DNA of 8,696 nucleotides from a virus (Duplodnaviria; Heunggongvirae; Uroviricota; Caudoviricetes): IMG/VR virus record IMGVR_UViG_2751185959_000005; one strand, 5' to 3'. Shown piece by piece: positions 7,830 to 8,696 of this stretch (position 1 is its first letter; each line of letters starts with the position of its first letter). The notes under the pieces were generated by a model. It saw only the letters and a program-made list of their open reading frames with translations, ran no database searches and was not told where the DNA came from. The position numbers and the translations under genes were made by a program.

Positions 7830-8480
7830 TTAATATCCCATTGCAATGTAATACGCATCAGCAGATGAACCGTATCCTGAACCGGGCGACACAGTAATAT
7901 TAAATCCAGTGTTCTGGACACTTGTCGCCGATACAGTCGGCTGCCCAGCCGCGCCAGTAACGTTCAATGTAACTACGACAGCAATTACTCTTGAGAACGT
8001 CATCGGGAACCTCATCCCGTATGTTGAAGATACATTCGGGGCACCATTCAACTGACCGCACTGTAAAATTAATCCAGACGGAAATTTTTGCGCAGCAGCC
8101 GTTACGGTATTAATTGACGCGAACAGGCTCATATCAGGTATCTGATTCGCCCCTGTACCTACATTCCTTTTAGCTGCTTCTCCCAAACCAAGGTTTTCGA
8201 GAGCCGTTTTCACCGTGCCATCCGATTTGATATCGCCAAACGGATTCTTGCGGCTTAACAGCAGCGCGCGAAGTGCGGTAAGCAACTGATCGTGCCGCCC
8301 CTTCTCCAGGCTGGCACCGGATGCCTCCACCACGCTGCAAAGCTCCTCCTGCAACATGTCAAAGTAGTCATCATCCAGATCGGTGGCAGGCGTGCCAGTC
8401 TGGGGGTTACCACGGGTAAAACCGTTCTTACCCGCGCCGAACTTATCCTTCTTCGCGGTTTTCGTGTCTATACGATGCAT
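7830..8480 (-). CDS. Phage tail fiber protein, probably 5'-truncated by the IS insertion (short conserved N-terminal part plus variable C-terminal part)
   Basis: 216 aa. GC-rich N-terminal third ([50 protein letters not shown]) resembles conserved tail-fiber N-terminal modules; AT-richer C-terminal part is Gly/Ser/Thr-rich. The start codon sits 9 bp from the IS end at 8490 with an in-frame stop just upstream inside the IS. Followed by tfa. Confidence 0.65.
   Translation of the reverse strand: MHRIDTKTAKKDKFGAGKNGFTRGNPQTGTPATDLDDDYFDMLQEELCSVVEASGASLEKGRHDQLLTALRALLLSRKNPFGDIKSDGTVKTALENLGLGEAAKRNVGTGANQIPDMSLFASINTVTAAAQKFPSGLILQCGQLNGAPNVSSTYGMRFPMTFSRVIAVVVTLNVTGAAGQPTVSATSVQNTGFNITVSPGSGYGSSADAYYIAMGY
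8178..8203 (-). other. Candidate Hin/Gin/Cin/Pin-type (Din-family) inversion crossover site inside the tail fiber gene
   Basis: Plus strand TTCTCCCAAACCAAGGTTTTCGAGAG: two imperfect 12-bp inverted half-sites around a central AA, with core AAACC-NN-GGTTT. About 20 of 26 matches to hixL as I recall it (TTCTTGAAAACCAAGGTTTTTGATAA). Encodes LENLGLGE and coincides with the GC-rich to AT-rich shift in the gene. Confidence 0.4.
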
Positions 8481-8489
8481 GGATTACTC

Positions 8490-8696
8490 TGAGGTGTACT
8501 GGCAATAGCGGACACTACCATTTGTTCTTTTTTTAAGCAGCCATCTGATGATATTTTTCCCTGAAGGCTGCCGGGGAGATATTCCCCAGACGAGAGTGAC
8601 GACGCTGACGATTGTAGAAAATCTCAATGTATTCCCGTATTACTGAGATGGCTTCATCCCGGTTATTAAAACGATAGTGGCTCAGGCTCTCATTTT
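8490..8696 (-). mobile_element. IS3-family insertion sequence, right end only, inverted copy (element continues beyond window end)
   Basis: Exact reverse complement of 1-207. IS end ...TGAGGTG begins at 8490, immediately upstream of the tail fiber start. Confidence 0.85.
8533..8696 (-). CDS. IS3-family transposase OrfB, C-terminal fragment (5' partial), inverted copy
   Basis: Mirror image of the fragment at 1-164; identical sequence on the minus strand. Confidence 0.8.
   Translation of the reverse strand, partial: NESLSHYRFNNRDEAISVIREYIEIFYNRQRRHSRLGNISPAAFREKYHQMAA

Noticed and set aside
7424..7921. Longer 165-aa version of the tfa ORF
   Set aside because: The extra 32 N-terminal codons overlap the tail fiber coding sequence and lack Tfa similarity. 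The conserved Tfa N-terminus MSYFYSA begins at 7825, immediately after the tail fiber stop.
8292..8492. 66-aa plus-strand ORF antisense to the tail fiber gene
   Set aside because: Antisense to a motif-bearing gene and runs into the IS end; chance ORF.
1..8696. CRISPR array, retron, toxin-antitoxin pair or other dedicated defence system
   Set aside because: No short regularly spaced direct repeats, no reverse transcriptase or nuclease-like ORFs, and no small adjacent ORF pairs outside the annotated genes were seen.

Overview
This window is a decayed, phage-derived O-antigen modification (serotype-conversion) module, bounded at both edges by identical, inverted right ends of an IS3-family insertion sequence (1-207 and 8490-8696, perfect reverse complements). 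Left to right: the 3' remnant of a tyrosine integrase gene truncated by the left IS; a 46-nt att core matching the 3' end of a tRNA-Thr(CGU) gene; an intact, translationally coupled gtrA-gtrB-gtr(type-specific) glucosylation operon; a complete IS10-like (IS4-family) element; an AT-rich membrane acyltransferase gene (Oac-like candidate); about 770 bp of apparently non-coding DNA; and, on the minus strand, a tail fiber assembly gene and a tail fiber gene whose 5' side abuts the right IS. The layout int - att core - gtrA is the unintegrated (attP) configuration. Inside the tail fiber gene there is a 26-bp sequence resembling a Hin/Gin-type inversion crossover site, with a degenerate inverted paralog about 1.2 kb away; I read this as a fossil invertible tail-fiber switch, but no invertase gene is in the window. 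I found no CRISPR array, no complete tRNA or rRNA gene, and no recognisable defence or toxin-antitoxin system. All family assignments are from reading the translations and sequence by eye; no database search was run.
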